The translations under genes were made by a program, and so were the position numbers. A stretch of 26,377 bases of DNA, taken from assembly GCA_963645165.1 (NCBI GenBank), contig CAVIQT010000065.1, positions 1-26,377 on the forward strand. The letters are read 5' to 3'. Within the stretch, counting starts at the first letter, position 1. Every line of letters starts with the position of its first letter. The notes under the pieces are model-generated. The model had not been told where the DNA came from, did no database searches, and saw only the letters and a program-made list of their open reading frames with translations. The DNA is from Phocaeicola vulgatus. GTDB taxonomy: Bacteria; Bacillota_I; Bacilli_A; RF39; UBA660. Shown here piece after piece: positions 10,407 through 18,914 of this stretch.

Positions 10407-10750
10407 TGAGTAATATAAAAACAGAAAGAATTTCATCTCAAATAACTAGAGAATTATCAGAGATATTTTATGAAGAAGTTCACAACGAAATCCTAAAAAG
10501 TGTAACTATCACCGATGCTAAAGTTACTAATGACTTATCACTTGCTAAAGTTTACTATACTTTCTTAGGAGATTATGATAAAATAACTATTCAAGAAGAA
10601 CTAAAAAATGCTAGTAGTTTTTTAAGAACTGAGCTTGCTAAAAGAATAGACTTAAGAACAACACCAGAACTTAGATTTGTCTATGATGAATCAACTGAAT
10701 ATGGTGAACACATCGATGAAATAATAGAAGAAATACAAAAAGAAAAATAA
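10406..10750 (+). CDS. rbfA: Ribosome-binding factor A
   Basis: VTITD.KVT.DLS.AKVY and LR.TPELRFVYD.S motifs; follows infB. Confidence 0.97.
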   Translation: MSNIKTERISSQITRELSEIFYEEVHNEILKSVTITDAKVTNDLSLAKVYYTFLGDYDKITIQEELKNASSFLRTELAKRIDLRTTPELRFVYDESTEYGEHIDEIIEEIQKEK

Positions 10751-10767
10751 TTTTAATAGGGGGATTT

Positions 10768-11313
10768 ATGAAATTATATTTAAAAAACATAACTGATGAA
10801 GAACATAAAGGTTTAATAACTGATATGCTTGTTCATCACTATCAAGATGTTGCAGGACCTGATTGGATTGAAAAAATACCAGTAAAAAAATTAAGAGAAC
10901 GCTTTAGCTATGCTAATAATGAAGCAAAAAGAGATGTATACGAACTATATGAAAATAATTACTTTAATACTGTCGCTTTCGCTATTTTAAGTGAAAAAGG
11001 TGAAGTATATGGTATCGCTCTTTTAGATATAATAAGTATGCACTTTGAAGATGATAAAACAGATACCTATGGTCAGTTATATCAGTTATATATAAGACCA
11101 CAATATCGTAATTGTTTTACTTCTACTGCTTCTGAATGTTTAGGAACTGAATTAAAAAATGCCCTAGAAGCATATTTTAGAGCCAATAATGTTAATGAAG
11201 TAATTATGCATATACCAAAAAGTGTAAGTTATTTAATGGACTTAGGTAGAATCCTAGAATTTAACTGCGTTAAAGAAAATCTTAAAACTATTGAAACTAT
11301 CCATAAATTTTAG
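10768..11313 (+). CDS. Hypothetical protein, divergent GNAT-like fold
   Basis: Beta-strand pattern AFAILSEKGEVYGIALL and GQLYQLYIRPQYR resembles GNAT motif A; RBS AGGGGG. Confidence 0.5.
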   Translation: MKLYLKNITDEEHKGLITDMLVHHYQDVAGPDWIEKIPVKKLRERFSYANNEAKRDVYELYENNYFNTVAFAILSEKGEVYGIALLDIISMHFEDDKTDTYGQLYQLYIRPQYRNCFTSTASECLGTELKNALEAYFRANNVNEVIMHIPKSVSYLMDLGRILEFNCVKENLKTIETIHKF

Positions 11314-11320
11314 GTAAACT

Positions 11321-12154
11321 ATGAATGGCGCAATAATTGTAAATAAACCCTCTGGTCTAACCAGTAGAGATGTTATTAATAAATTAAATAAAATATTACA
11401 TACTAAAAAAATTGGCCATATTGGCACACTTGATCCCATGGCTACTGGTATTTTAATTTGCTTAGTTGGTAAATGCACTAAACTAAGTAATATATTAATA
11501 AACCATGATAAAGAATATATTGCATCCTTTAAATTAGGTATCCTAACAGATACTCTAGATATTACAGGTAATATATTAAAAGAAGAAAATTATCAAATTG
11601 ATGAAATAAAACTAAAAAATGTCCTAAATAGCTTTATTAAAACTTATAATCAAACAGTTCCTATATATTCAGCTATTAAAAAAAATGGTAAAAAATTATA
11701 TGAATATGCAAGAAATAATATTGATATAACCATTCCTAAAAGAATGTGTACAATATACTCTCTTGAATTATTAAATATAACAAATGATATTATTACTATT
11801 AAAACTAAAGTATCTAAAGGAACCTATATAAGATCTCTTATTAGAGATATAGGAGAATCTCTAAATACTTACGGAACAATGACATCATTAGAAAGAATTA
11901 GTCTAGATAAATTTACTATAAAAGATAGTTATACTTTAGAAGAAATAGAAAAAGGTAACTATAAACTATTAACACCAGAAGAAATACTAAACTGTAAAAT
12001 AATAAATGTAAATGAAGAACTACTATTTAAAATCCAAAATGGACAAAGACTAGAAATGAATGATGAATATGTTTTATTTAAATATTTAGGTAGTGATATC
12101 GCCATCTATCAAAAATATAAAGATAATGAAATTAAACCACTAATTATATTTTAA
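11321..12154 (+). CDS. truB: tRNA pseudouridine(55) synthase TruB
   Basis: NKP.G.TS.D, KIGHIGTLDP.ATG.L, Q.VP.YSA.K..GK.LYEYAR, SKGTYIRSL..D.G. Confidence 0.97.
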   Translation: MNGAIIVNKPSGLTSRDVINKLNKILHTKKIGHIGTLDPMATGILICLVGKCTKLSNILINHDKEYIASFKLGILTDTLDITGNILKEENYQIDEIKLKNVLNSFIKTYNQTVPIYSAIKKNGKKLYEYARNNIDITIPKRMCTIYSLELLNITNDIITIKTKVSKGTYIRSLIRDIGESLNTYGTMTSLERISLDKFTIKDSYTLEEIEKGNYKLLTPEEILNCKIINVNEELLFKIQNGQRLEMNDEYVLFKYLGSDIAIYQKYKDNEIKPLIIF

Positions 12155-12174
12155 AGCCAAGTTATGGCTTTTTC
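12153..12174 (+). terminator. Intrinsic terminator after truB
   Basis: AAAGCCA-AGTTA-TGGCTTT followed by Ts. Confidence 0.75.
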
Positions 12175-12227
12175 TTTTATGACAATTTTTGCTCTATTTT
12201 TTAAAACCTATGATATAATATAAAACC

Positions 12228-12845
12228 ATGAAAGCGAATTTAAAAGAATTAATTAAAATTATATCAGTTATTATTGTCTTATTTTGTTTTATGACAATTT
12301 ATATTATTAATGATTATCAAAGTGGTAAAAAACTAGAAGAAATCGCGTTTTTTGATGAAGAAAATATACCAGACTATATTGAAGAAGAAACTACCATAAC
12401 AAAAGAGCAAACAACAACTACTACTAAACTAGTTGTATGGGATAATCTAACCTTAGAAGAACTTACTAATAAACTAGATGCCAACCTTTATGATACCTTA
12501 AAAGGGACTGGTATTCACTTTGCTACCTTTACTAAAGACTATGGCTTAGATCCATATCTTGCTGTATCTATCGTTAATTTAGAAACAGGCTGTAAATGGG
12601 GCTGCTCTAAACTAGTAAAAAATTGTAATAATATTGGAGGCTTAAAAGGAAAACCCTCATGCGGTGGTGCCTATATGAAATATAATACTCTAGAAGAAGG
12701 AATCTATGGATATCTTAATATTATCTATAAATACTACTGGTTAGAAGGTTTAACTACTGCCCAGTTAATGAACTCTAAATATGCAAAGGATCCACTATGG
12801 GCACAAAAAGTAAATGCCTACTATGAAACAATTAAAGCAACTTAA
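12228..12845 (+). CDS. Membrane-anchored glucosaminidase-domain (GH73-like) cell-wall hydrolase
   Basis: N-terminal TM helix, Thr-rich linker, A.SI..LETG, NNIGG, Y.T.EEG, YA.DP.W..KV. Confidence 0.75.
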   Translation: MKANLKELIKIISVIIVLFCFMTIYIINDYQSGKKLEEIAFFDEENIPDYIEEETTITKEQTTTTTKLVVWDNLTLEELTNKLDANLYDTLKGTGIHFATFTKDYGLDPYLAVSIVNLETGCKWGCSKLVKNCNNIGGLKGKPSCGGAYMKYNTLEEGIYGYLNIIYKYYWLEGLTTAQLMNSKYAKDPLWAQKVNAYYETIKAT

Positions 12846-12877
12846 TTGTTTTTTTAATTAACTTTTGTTATCATTAT
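12800..12877 (+). repeat. 78-bp target-site duplication, left copy
   Basis: Identical to 14895-14972 (GGCACAAAAAGTAAATGCC...TTGTTATCATTAT). Confidence 0.95.
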
Positions 12878-12913
12878 CTTTAGTTTTGCAGTAAAATCTC
12901 GCAAAGCATTATA

Positions 12914-12937
12914 AAAAAAGGGAAAAGTCCCTTTTTT
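12914..12937. terminator. Bidirectional terminator inside the IS end, downstream of the transposase
   Basis: AAAAAAGGGA-AAAG-TCCCTTTTTT perfect 10-bp stem. Confidence 0.8.
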
Positions 12938-12963
12938 ACGTGTTGTACTATTTTATCATTTCT

Positions 12964-14751
12964 TTAATATTTTAAGATTTTTTTAATTTCTTCTCTAGTG
13001 TTGTATTTCATATCTAAATTTAAACTAAATTTTCTATTTAGATATTGTATTTCTGGTTTATAACCAATGAATTTATACAAATTACCAGTTTCATGAGTAC
13101 ATTTAAAGTTTTTCATTTTTTCTAATAAATTCTTAAGTGTATATTTATTTGAAATTTTGTCTTGAAGAATTCTAATAATTACTAGACTGATAAAGCATAT
13201 AAGAAAGTGTGCATCAATGTGATCTTCTAATCTAACATTTATTGGTCTTGCATTGAATTCAGATTTAGTTATTTTAAACGTTTCTTCTATTTTTGCAAGA
13301 CCTTTATAAATGTTTCTAAGTTCTAAATCACTTAGATTTTCCTCAGATGTTACTATTGAATAGTAACCATCTAGTTTTTCATCTTCATCAATTTTTGTTT
13401 GATTCAAAGAAAGTTCTGAACCATTTGAAACAATACCTGTTTCTTTATCAAATTTTATATTGTTAATATAGCCTGCTGCTCCATAAGATGTTGCTCTTGT
13501 GTATGCACCAGGATTTTTAATTAAATCTTTTGCTTTCTCTATAACCATTTGTCTATCTCTTCTTTGCTTATCTGCATATTTTTGAGAATAATAAACCATT
13601 TGTTTTTGATCAATTGTTATTGATTGTTTTCTCTTGTTACCACCTTTTGTTAATCCTTTATCATCCCTGGTTATATATATTTTTCTAGGATATATTCTTG
13701 ACTTGTGTTTAAAAATTATTTCGTTGCCTTCCTCATCAATTATTGTATCTGTTTTGTAATTACCACTTAAAATCCAATTTTTAAATTCTTGATCCGCGCC
13801 ACGCACTGATTGACCATAAATATATCCATCTCTATTTTCTTTATCCAAATCGATACCTGCTATTTTAATCATATTATCGGAACAATTAAGACCTCTATCA
13901 GCAACGACAATAACTTTACCAATATTATGTCTTCTTTTGATATTGTGTATTTCAGGAATTAATGTTTCCTTCTCTGATGTATTACCAGGAAATAGGTTAT
14001 AAGATATAGGGAAACCTTGTTTGTCGAGTAATAATCCCATTTCTACAATAGGATCAGGTCTATGATTTTTTTCAGGGCCTCTTTTTCTTATACCTTTTTT
14101 TATGATTTCACCTTTATCACCTTTAATATCTTCATCATCATATTCAATTTCAAAATAATAATTAGTACAGTCGTAATAGGAAGTAGATGCATCACGTTTA
14201 TATTTTTCTTTGGTGTTTTCCCATATAATTTTAAATATATCTTCTTTACAATCAAGTAATGGTTTTAAACAACGATATAAATCATCAATGCTTAAATCAA
14301 AAGGTTCAAAGAATTGATTTTTATGTTCATAAGTATATTTAATACTTCCTGGAGCTAATATTCTAGAATAGGTAAGAAGTTCACAACATTTGGATAAACA
14401 ATATTCTATTTTACTAGCGTACTGTTTTTTCTTTAGAATATTATCAATATCTAGTTCTTTAAATATCGCTTTTAAATATGCATAACCAATGTTAAAAGTA
14501 TCATCATCAAAAGAATTCAATTCATTTTTGTTGAAAGTAGCAGTAACCTTTGACTCGAATTCTTTTTTTAAACGGATTAATTCATCATTTAAGAATTTCA
14601 TTGGATCATCATATAGATTTTCCAAATCTTCTAAATGGCCATACTTTTCTATAGTTTTATGTTTAACTTTTCCATTAACACGGTAACCATCTACGATAGA
14701 ACAATAGGTTTTTCCATAAGAGGTTTTATATTTTTTAATAAATAAAGACAT
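12964..14751 (-). CDS. IS1634-family DDE transposase (likely ATG start 14751; ORF track starts 14760)
   Basis: YYDCTNYYFE, G..K.HR..P, P.SY.LFPGNTSE..TL, VVADRGL, DGYY.I.T, Y..L.KIEE.FK..KS....RP, HI.AHFLICF; RBS AAGGT. Confidence 0.93.
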   Translation of the reverse strand: MSLFIKKYKTSYGKTYCSIVDGYRVNGKVKHKTIEKYGHLEDLENLYDDPMKFLNDELIRLKKEFESKVTATFNKNELNSFDDDTFNIGYAYLKAIFKELDIDNILKKKQYASKIEYCLSKCCELLTYSRILAPGSIKYTYEHKNQFFEPFDLSIDDLYRCLKPLLDCKEDIFKIIWENTKEKYKRDASTSYYDCTNYYFEIEYDDEDIKGDKGEIIKKGIRKRGPEKNHRPDPIVEMGLLLDKQGFPISYNLFPGNTSEKETLIPEIHNIKRRHNIGKVIVVADRGLNCSDNMIKIAGIDLDKENRDGYIYGQSVRGADQEFKNWILSGNYKTDTIIDEEGNEIIFKHKSRIYPRKIYITRDDKGLTKGGNKRKQSITIDQKQMVYYSQKYADKQRRDRQMVIEKAKDLIKNPGAYTRATSYGAAGYINNIKFDKETGIVSNGSELSLNQTKIDEDEKLDGYYSIVTSEENLSDLELRNIYKGLAKIEETFKITKSEFNARPINVRLEDHIDAHFLICFISLVIIRILQDKISNKYTLKNLLEKMKNFKCTHETGNLYKFIGYKPEIQYLNRKFSLNLDMKYNTREEIKKILKY

Positions 14752-14775
14752 AAAAATCAACTACCTTACAGTATA

Positions 14776-14804
14776 ATTATATCACATAGTATCAAATAGT
14801 ACAA
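14776..14804 (-). promoter_or_regulatory. Transposase promoter
   Basis: Minus strand TTGTAC-N17-TATAAT with extended TG (TGATATAAT). Confidence 0.7.
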
Positions 14805-14894
14805 TATAAAAATATAAAAAAGTTGACAAAATAAAAACCTTATACTAAAAGGCTTTGAATAATGTTAAGAATTTAGCTAGCTGCAAAACTCAGG

Positions 14895-14972
14895 GGCACA
14901 AAAAGTAAATGCCTACTATGAAACAATTAAAGCAACTTAATTGTTTTTTTAATTAACTTTTGTTATCATTAT
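14895..14972 (+). repeat. 78-bp target-site duplication, right copy
   Basis: Identical to 12800-12877. Confidence 0.95.
14941..14969 (+). promoter_or_regulatory. Putative promoter of the hydrogenase gene (inside the duplicated segment)
   Basis: TTGTTT-N17-TATCAT with TG extension (TGTTATCAT); RBS AGGTGG just downstream. Confidence 0.55.
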
Positions 14973-14986
14973 GATAGGTGGAATAT

Positions 14987-16381
14987 ATGAAGTATAAATG
15001 TGAAAAATGTGGTTTTATTCATGAAGGAGAAATATTTGATGGTTATATTTGTCCTTTTTGTAGATCACCACTTCAATCATTTAAATTAATAAGTAAAGAA
15101 GAAAAAATATATAACAGAGTTAATATAAAAGAAGATAATAATTGTATTAATCGTATAGTAGAAAAATGTATAAACTGTGGAGTATGTTCCAAAACTTGTG
15201 AAAACATAGTAGGTATTAAATATGATAAACAAAAATGTGATGGTATATGTATTGGTTGTGGTCAGTGTCTTTTAACTTGCCCAGCTGCTGCCATAACACC
15301 TAAATACTCTTATAGAGATGTTTTAAACTATATTAATGATAAAGAATATAAAGTTATTGCGATGACTAGTCCTGCTGTAAGAGTATCTCTAGGTGATGCT
15401 TTTGACTACCCTAAAGGAGCATATATAGAAGGTAAAATGGTTAGTAGCCTAAAAGCACTTGGCTTTGATTATGTTTTTGATACCTCATTTGGTGCTGATT
15501 TAACAAGTATTGAAGAATCAAACGAACTATACGAAAGAATCAAACAAAATAAAAAAGGAATGTTTACTAGCTGCTGCCCATCATGGGTTAAATATGCTCA
15601 AATATATCATCTTGAATTATTACCTAACTTATCTACATGTAAAAGTCCCATTGGTATGCAAAGTTCTATTATTAAAGAATACTTTGCCCCTAATGAAAAT
15701 ATACCTAAAGAAAAATTAATTATTGTCGCGATCGTACCATGTACAAGTAAAAAAGAAGAAATAATTAATACTGACTGTGATTTTGCCATTACTACTAGTG
15801 AACTATCTCTAATGATAAGAGAATTTAATATTGACTTTAAAAACCTAAAAGACTCTGAATTTGATAATATTAAAGGATCATCATCTGGTAAAATATTTGG
15901 TACATCATCTGGCGTTACTATATCTGTTTTAAGAAGTCTTTACCATGAAATAACCTCTAAAGACTTAAAAGAAGAAGAAATAAGTATTAAAGAAAAAGAT
16001 ACCTATAAAGAAATAAAAGTTAAAATGGGTAAATATATTATTAAAGCTATATCTGTTTCTACCATGAAAAACTTAGAAAGTATTATCCCCCATATAAATG
16101 AATATGACTTTATAGAAGTTATGAACTGTGATGGTGGCTGCATAAGTGGTGGTGGCCAAATAATCATGCCTATTATTGAAAAAGGGGAAATTAAAAAAGA
16201 AAGAAATAATAGTCTGTTTAAACAAGATAAAAAGCCACTAGTAAAGTATGCCTATAAAAATAATACTATCATCTCTTTATATGAAGACTATTTAAAAGAA
16301 AATGAATCCATCAGAAAAAAACTATTACATACATCATTTAAAGACTTATCATATCTATTAAATAAAAAGGACGAAAAATAA
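14987..16381 (+). CDS. hydA: Monomeric [FeFe]-hydrogenase with N-terminal rubredoxin-like domain and two [4Fe-4S] motifs (likely ATG 14987; ORF track GTG 14978)
   Basis: CEKCG...CPFC; CINCGVCSKTC and CIGCGQCLLTCP; H-cluster motifs FTSCCPSW, VPCTSKKEE, EVMNCDGGCISGGGQ; C-terminal LLHT. Confidence 0.9.
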   Translation: MKYKCEKCGFIHEGEIFDGYICPFCRSPLQSFKLISKEEKIYNRVNIKEDNNCINRIVEKCINCGVCSKTCENIVGIKYDKQKCDGICIGCGQCLLTCPAAAITPKYSYRDVLNYINDKEYKVIAMTSPAVRVSLGDAFDYPKGAYIEGKMVSSLKALGFDYVFDTSFGADLTSIEESNELYERIKQNKKGMFTSCCPSWVKYAQIYHLELLPNLSTCKSPIGMQSSIIKEYFAPNENIPKEKLIIVAIVPCTSKKEEIINTDCDFAITTSELSLMIREFNIDFKNLKDSEFDNIKGSSSGKIFGTSSGVTISVLRSLYHEITSKDLKEEEISIKEKDTYKEIKVKMGKYIIKAISVSTMKNLESIIPHINEYDFIEVMNCDGGCISGGGQIIMPIIEKGEIKKERNNSLFKQDKKPLVKYAYKNNTIISLYEDYLKENESIRKKLLHTSFKDLSYLLNKKDEK

Positions 16382-16382
16382 T

Positions 16383-17834
16383 ATGTATGACCCTAGACTA
16401 TTAAAAATAAACTTTTATGAATTATTTAATCATAACCTAGATAGTTTTTTCCATGATGATATTTTAATAAATGCCCTATATGAAAAAGAATATTACTTTC
16501 TTATTGATAAATGTCCTTATGATGATAAAAATACTCTAAAAATAAAAGTATTAGAAAATTACTTCTTATACCTATCATCTAAAAATACTCTAACTAAAAA
16601 AGAAACTACTTACTTAAATTTTCTTCATGATTTTTATTTTAATATGTTTAGATTAAACCCCACACTATTTTATAAAAGTAGTATATATACCTATAAAAAG
16701 GTTATATTTCCCTCTTTAGATATACCTCCTTTAGAGCAAACTTCTAAAAATATAAAGAAATACTTAAATGGAAAGTTAACTAACCCTTTAGAAATTACTT
16801 TCTTATTACTATCATTTAAAGATGAACCAAATATAGACTCTAATATCAAAAACCAAATACTATCTTATATTATTGCTAACTATAAAAACTCTACCTCTTT
16901 TGAAAAAATATTCTTATTAGAAACTATTAATAAAGAAATAAATCCTCAAAATGCTAGTTTAATTACTATTAACAAAAGTCTTTTAGATGAAGACATATTT
17001 ACATCTATCTATGAACTACTAACTGAAATTAAACATACTAATGACTTAATGATACCTCAAAGTAGAAAGTTTTCTACTCATAGTTTTTCTCTCTTAAATA
17101 TATTTTTATCTGAAAGTGATAATGAAGAATATGATATAGAAACTAAAAAATATGTCCTAGATAAATTAAATACTATATTTAGTAAATATGGATCAGATAA
17201 ATACCTAACTATAACTTCTAAAGAAATAAAAAAACTACCTAAAAAGTTACCTTTAAAAAGGGTAAGTAAACCTTATGAAAATATTGTTATATCTATTCAA
17301 AATAATCCTAAATTATTAAATGAATATCCACAGTTAAAACTTGTCTTTAACTCTGATGGTTCTTTAAAAAGCATTAATGAATTAACAAAGTTATATCAGC
17401 TATTAAGTACTAACCTAGAAGAAATATCTAAAAAAACTCCCATAGAAGATTTAACACCTATAATAGATTTTATTGAATATAATCTTTTAAGTAGAACCCC
17501 TGTATTATTAATAAATCAAAATAAAGACTATCTATATACATTCTTTGATATAATATCTTATTTAATAAATAGAAGATGTGATGAAATAGACTACCTCTTA
17601 AAACAAATTATTAATAATCCCCATCAAAAAGAAGAAATAAGTAAACTTATTGAAAAACATTTTATTATTATTGATGAATACTTAAAATACTTAAGTTTCT
17701 ACCGCCTAAATTTAAATAAAGACACTTATATAGAAACTGGATTTATCTCTTTAGAAGTTATCATTATTAAAACTAAAGATAATTATAATTTCATAATGAA
17801 AAGTAGTCCTCTTAAATTACTAACCCTAAAATAA
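16383..17834 (+). CDS. Hypothetical protein (483 aa), probably co-transcribed with the hydrogenase
   Basis: Long ORF starting 1 nt after the hydA stop, RBS AAGGA; no family recognised. Confidence 0.7.
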   Translation: MYDPRLLKINFYELFNHNLDSFFHDDILINALYEKEYYFLIDKCPYDDKNTLKIKVLENYFLYLSSKNTLTKKETTYLNFLHDFYFNMFRLNPTLFYKSSIYTYKKVIFPSLDIPPLEQTSKNIKKYLNGKLTNPLEITFLLLSFKDEPNIDSNIKNQILSYIIANYKNSTSFEKIFLLETINKEINPQNASLITINKSLLDEDIFTSIYELLTEIKHTNDLMIPQSRKFSTHSFSLLNIFLSESDNEEYDIETKKYVLDKLNTIFSKYGSDKYLTITSKEIKKLPKKLPLKRVSKPYENIVISIQNNPKLLNEYPQLKLVFNSDGSLKSINELTKLYQLLSTNLEEISKKTPIEDLTPIIDFIEYNLLSRTPVLLINQNKDYLYTFFDIISYLINRRCDEIDYLLKQIINNPHQKEEISKLIEKHFIIIDEYLKYLSFYRLNLNKDTYIETGFISLEVIIIKTKDNYNFIMKSSPLKLLTLK

Positions 17835-17860
17835 AACTAACATTAATTAATGTTAGTTTT
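17833..17860. terminator. Perfect 28-bp palindrome, bidirectional terminator between convergent genes
   Basis: AAAACTAACATTAA|TTAATGTTAGTTTT. Confidence 0.75.
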
Positions 17861-18801
17861 TATAATACATCATCATCAAACCCTAAAGTATTTTTAGCCA
17901 CATATATAGGTCTTTTCTTAATTTCTAAATACATCTTTGATATATATTCTCCAAGGATACCTACTGCTAATAAATTAAGCCCTCCTAATAAAAGAATTAC
18001 ACAAATTAAAGATGGATACCCCGGAACATCTGCTCCTGTAATTAATGTCTTAATTAAAATAATTATTAAATAAATAAAAGCAAAACTAGAAGATAATATA
18101 CCTCCAATAGTTGCCAGTTTTAATGGTTTAACACTAAAATTAACTATCCCATACCAAGCATACTTAAATGATTTTATTAAATTAAAATTAGATTTACCTG
18201 AATGTCTATCTTCCACTTCATAACTTAAATACTTAGTTTTAAAACCTACCCAAGAAAATATTCCTTTCGAAAAACGATTATTCTCACCTAAACTAACAAT
18301 CGCATCAACCACATTTTTTCTAAACATTCTAAAATCTGATGCCCCATTATGAAATTTAGTATCACTTAATTGATTCATAAATCTATAAAAAGCACCCTTT
18401 AAAAATCTTGCTAAAAAGCTTTCATTTGGTCTTTTTTCATTAACCATCGCTACTGCATCATAATCTTCATTTTCCTCTAAAAAATTCATCATTTCTAAAA
18501 TATACTTAGGATTTTGTTGCAAATCTCCATCCACAATAGAAGTATATTTTGCCCTAGATGAACTAAGCCCAGCATATATTGCGGCATCTTTACCAAAATT
18601 ACGACTAAAATTTATAACTTTAACATGCTTTTTATCACTTTCATATATCTCTTTTAATTTTAAATACGTATTATCTTTAGAACCATCATTAACAAAAATA
18701 AGTTCATAATCAGTATTTTTTAATGCCTCACTTAACTTATCATGCATTAATAATACATTTCCTTCTTCATTATAACAAGGAATAATTATATTTAACTTCA
18801 T
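17860..18801 (-). CDS. GT2 polyprenol-phosphate glycosyltransferase (GtrB/CsbB-like; likely ATG 18801)
   Basis: IIIPCYNEE, FVNDGSKD, FSRNFGK..A..AGL, DGDLQ, DFR, RFSKGIFSWVGF, two C-terminal TM helices, GEYI.K.Y.E.K.RP.Y; RBS GAGGTG. Confidence 0.92.
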   Translation of the reverse strand: MKLNIIIPCYNEEGNVLLMHDKLSEALKNTDYELIFVNDGSKDNTYLKLKEIYESDKKHVKVINFSRNFGKDAAIYAGLSSSRAKYTSIVDGDLQQNPKYILEMMNFLEENEDYDAVAMVNEKRPNESFLARFLKGAFYRFMNQLSDTKFHNGASDFRMFRKNVVDAIVSLGENNRFSKGIFSWVGFKTKYLSYEVEDRHSGKSNFNLIKSFKYAWYGIVNFSVKPLKLATIGGILSSSFAFIYLIIILIKTLITGADVPGYPSLICVILLLGGLNLLAVGILGEYISKMYLEIKKRPIYVAKNTLGFDDDVL

Positions 18802-18861
18802 ATAACACCTCAAACAAAATTATACTAGATTTCTTAGAAAAAAGCGAATACAAAATTTTTT

Positions 18862-18889
18862 TTGCACTTTCTAAAAAATGTGTTATAAT
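18862..18889 (+). promoter_or_regulatory. sigmaA promoter
   Basis: TTGCAC-N16-TATAAT with TG extension. Confidence 0.65.
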
Positions 18890-18914
18890 TACCATAATAA
18901 AGGTGGTTAGCAAA

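Larger units (their letters stand above)
12878..14894 (-). mobile_element. IS1634-family insertion sequence (2017 bp)
   Basis: Imperfect 14-bp TIRs: CTTTAGTTTTGCAG (12878-12891) vs reverse complement of CTGCAAAACTCAGG (14881-14894), 12/14 match; single DDE transposase; long flanking direct repeat. Confidence 0.92.

Noticed and set aside
12878..12963. Guide or bridge RNA in the IS non-coding ends
   Set aside because: The ends are short and explained by TIRs, terminator and promoter; the only target-like match (TTATCATT) is 8 bp and AT-rich; the transposase is DDE type
14823..14846. Outward-facing IS promoter TTGACA...TATACT
   Set aside because: The spacer is only 12 bp, and the hexamer at 17 bp (TAAAAG) is poor
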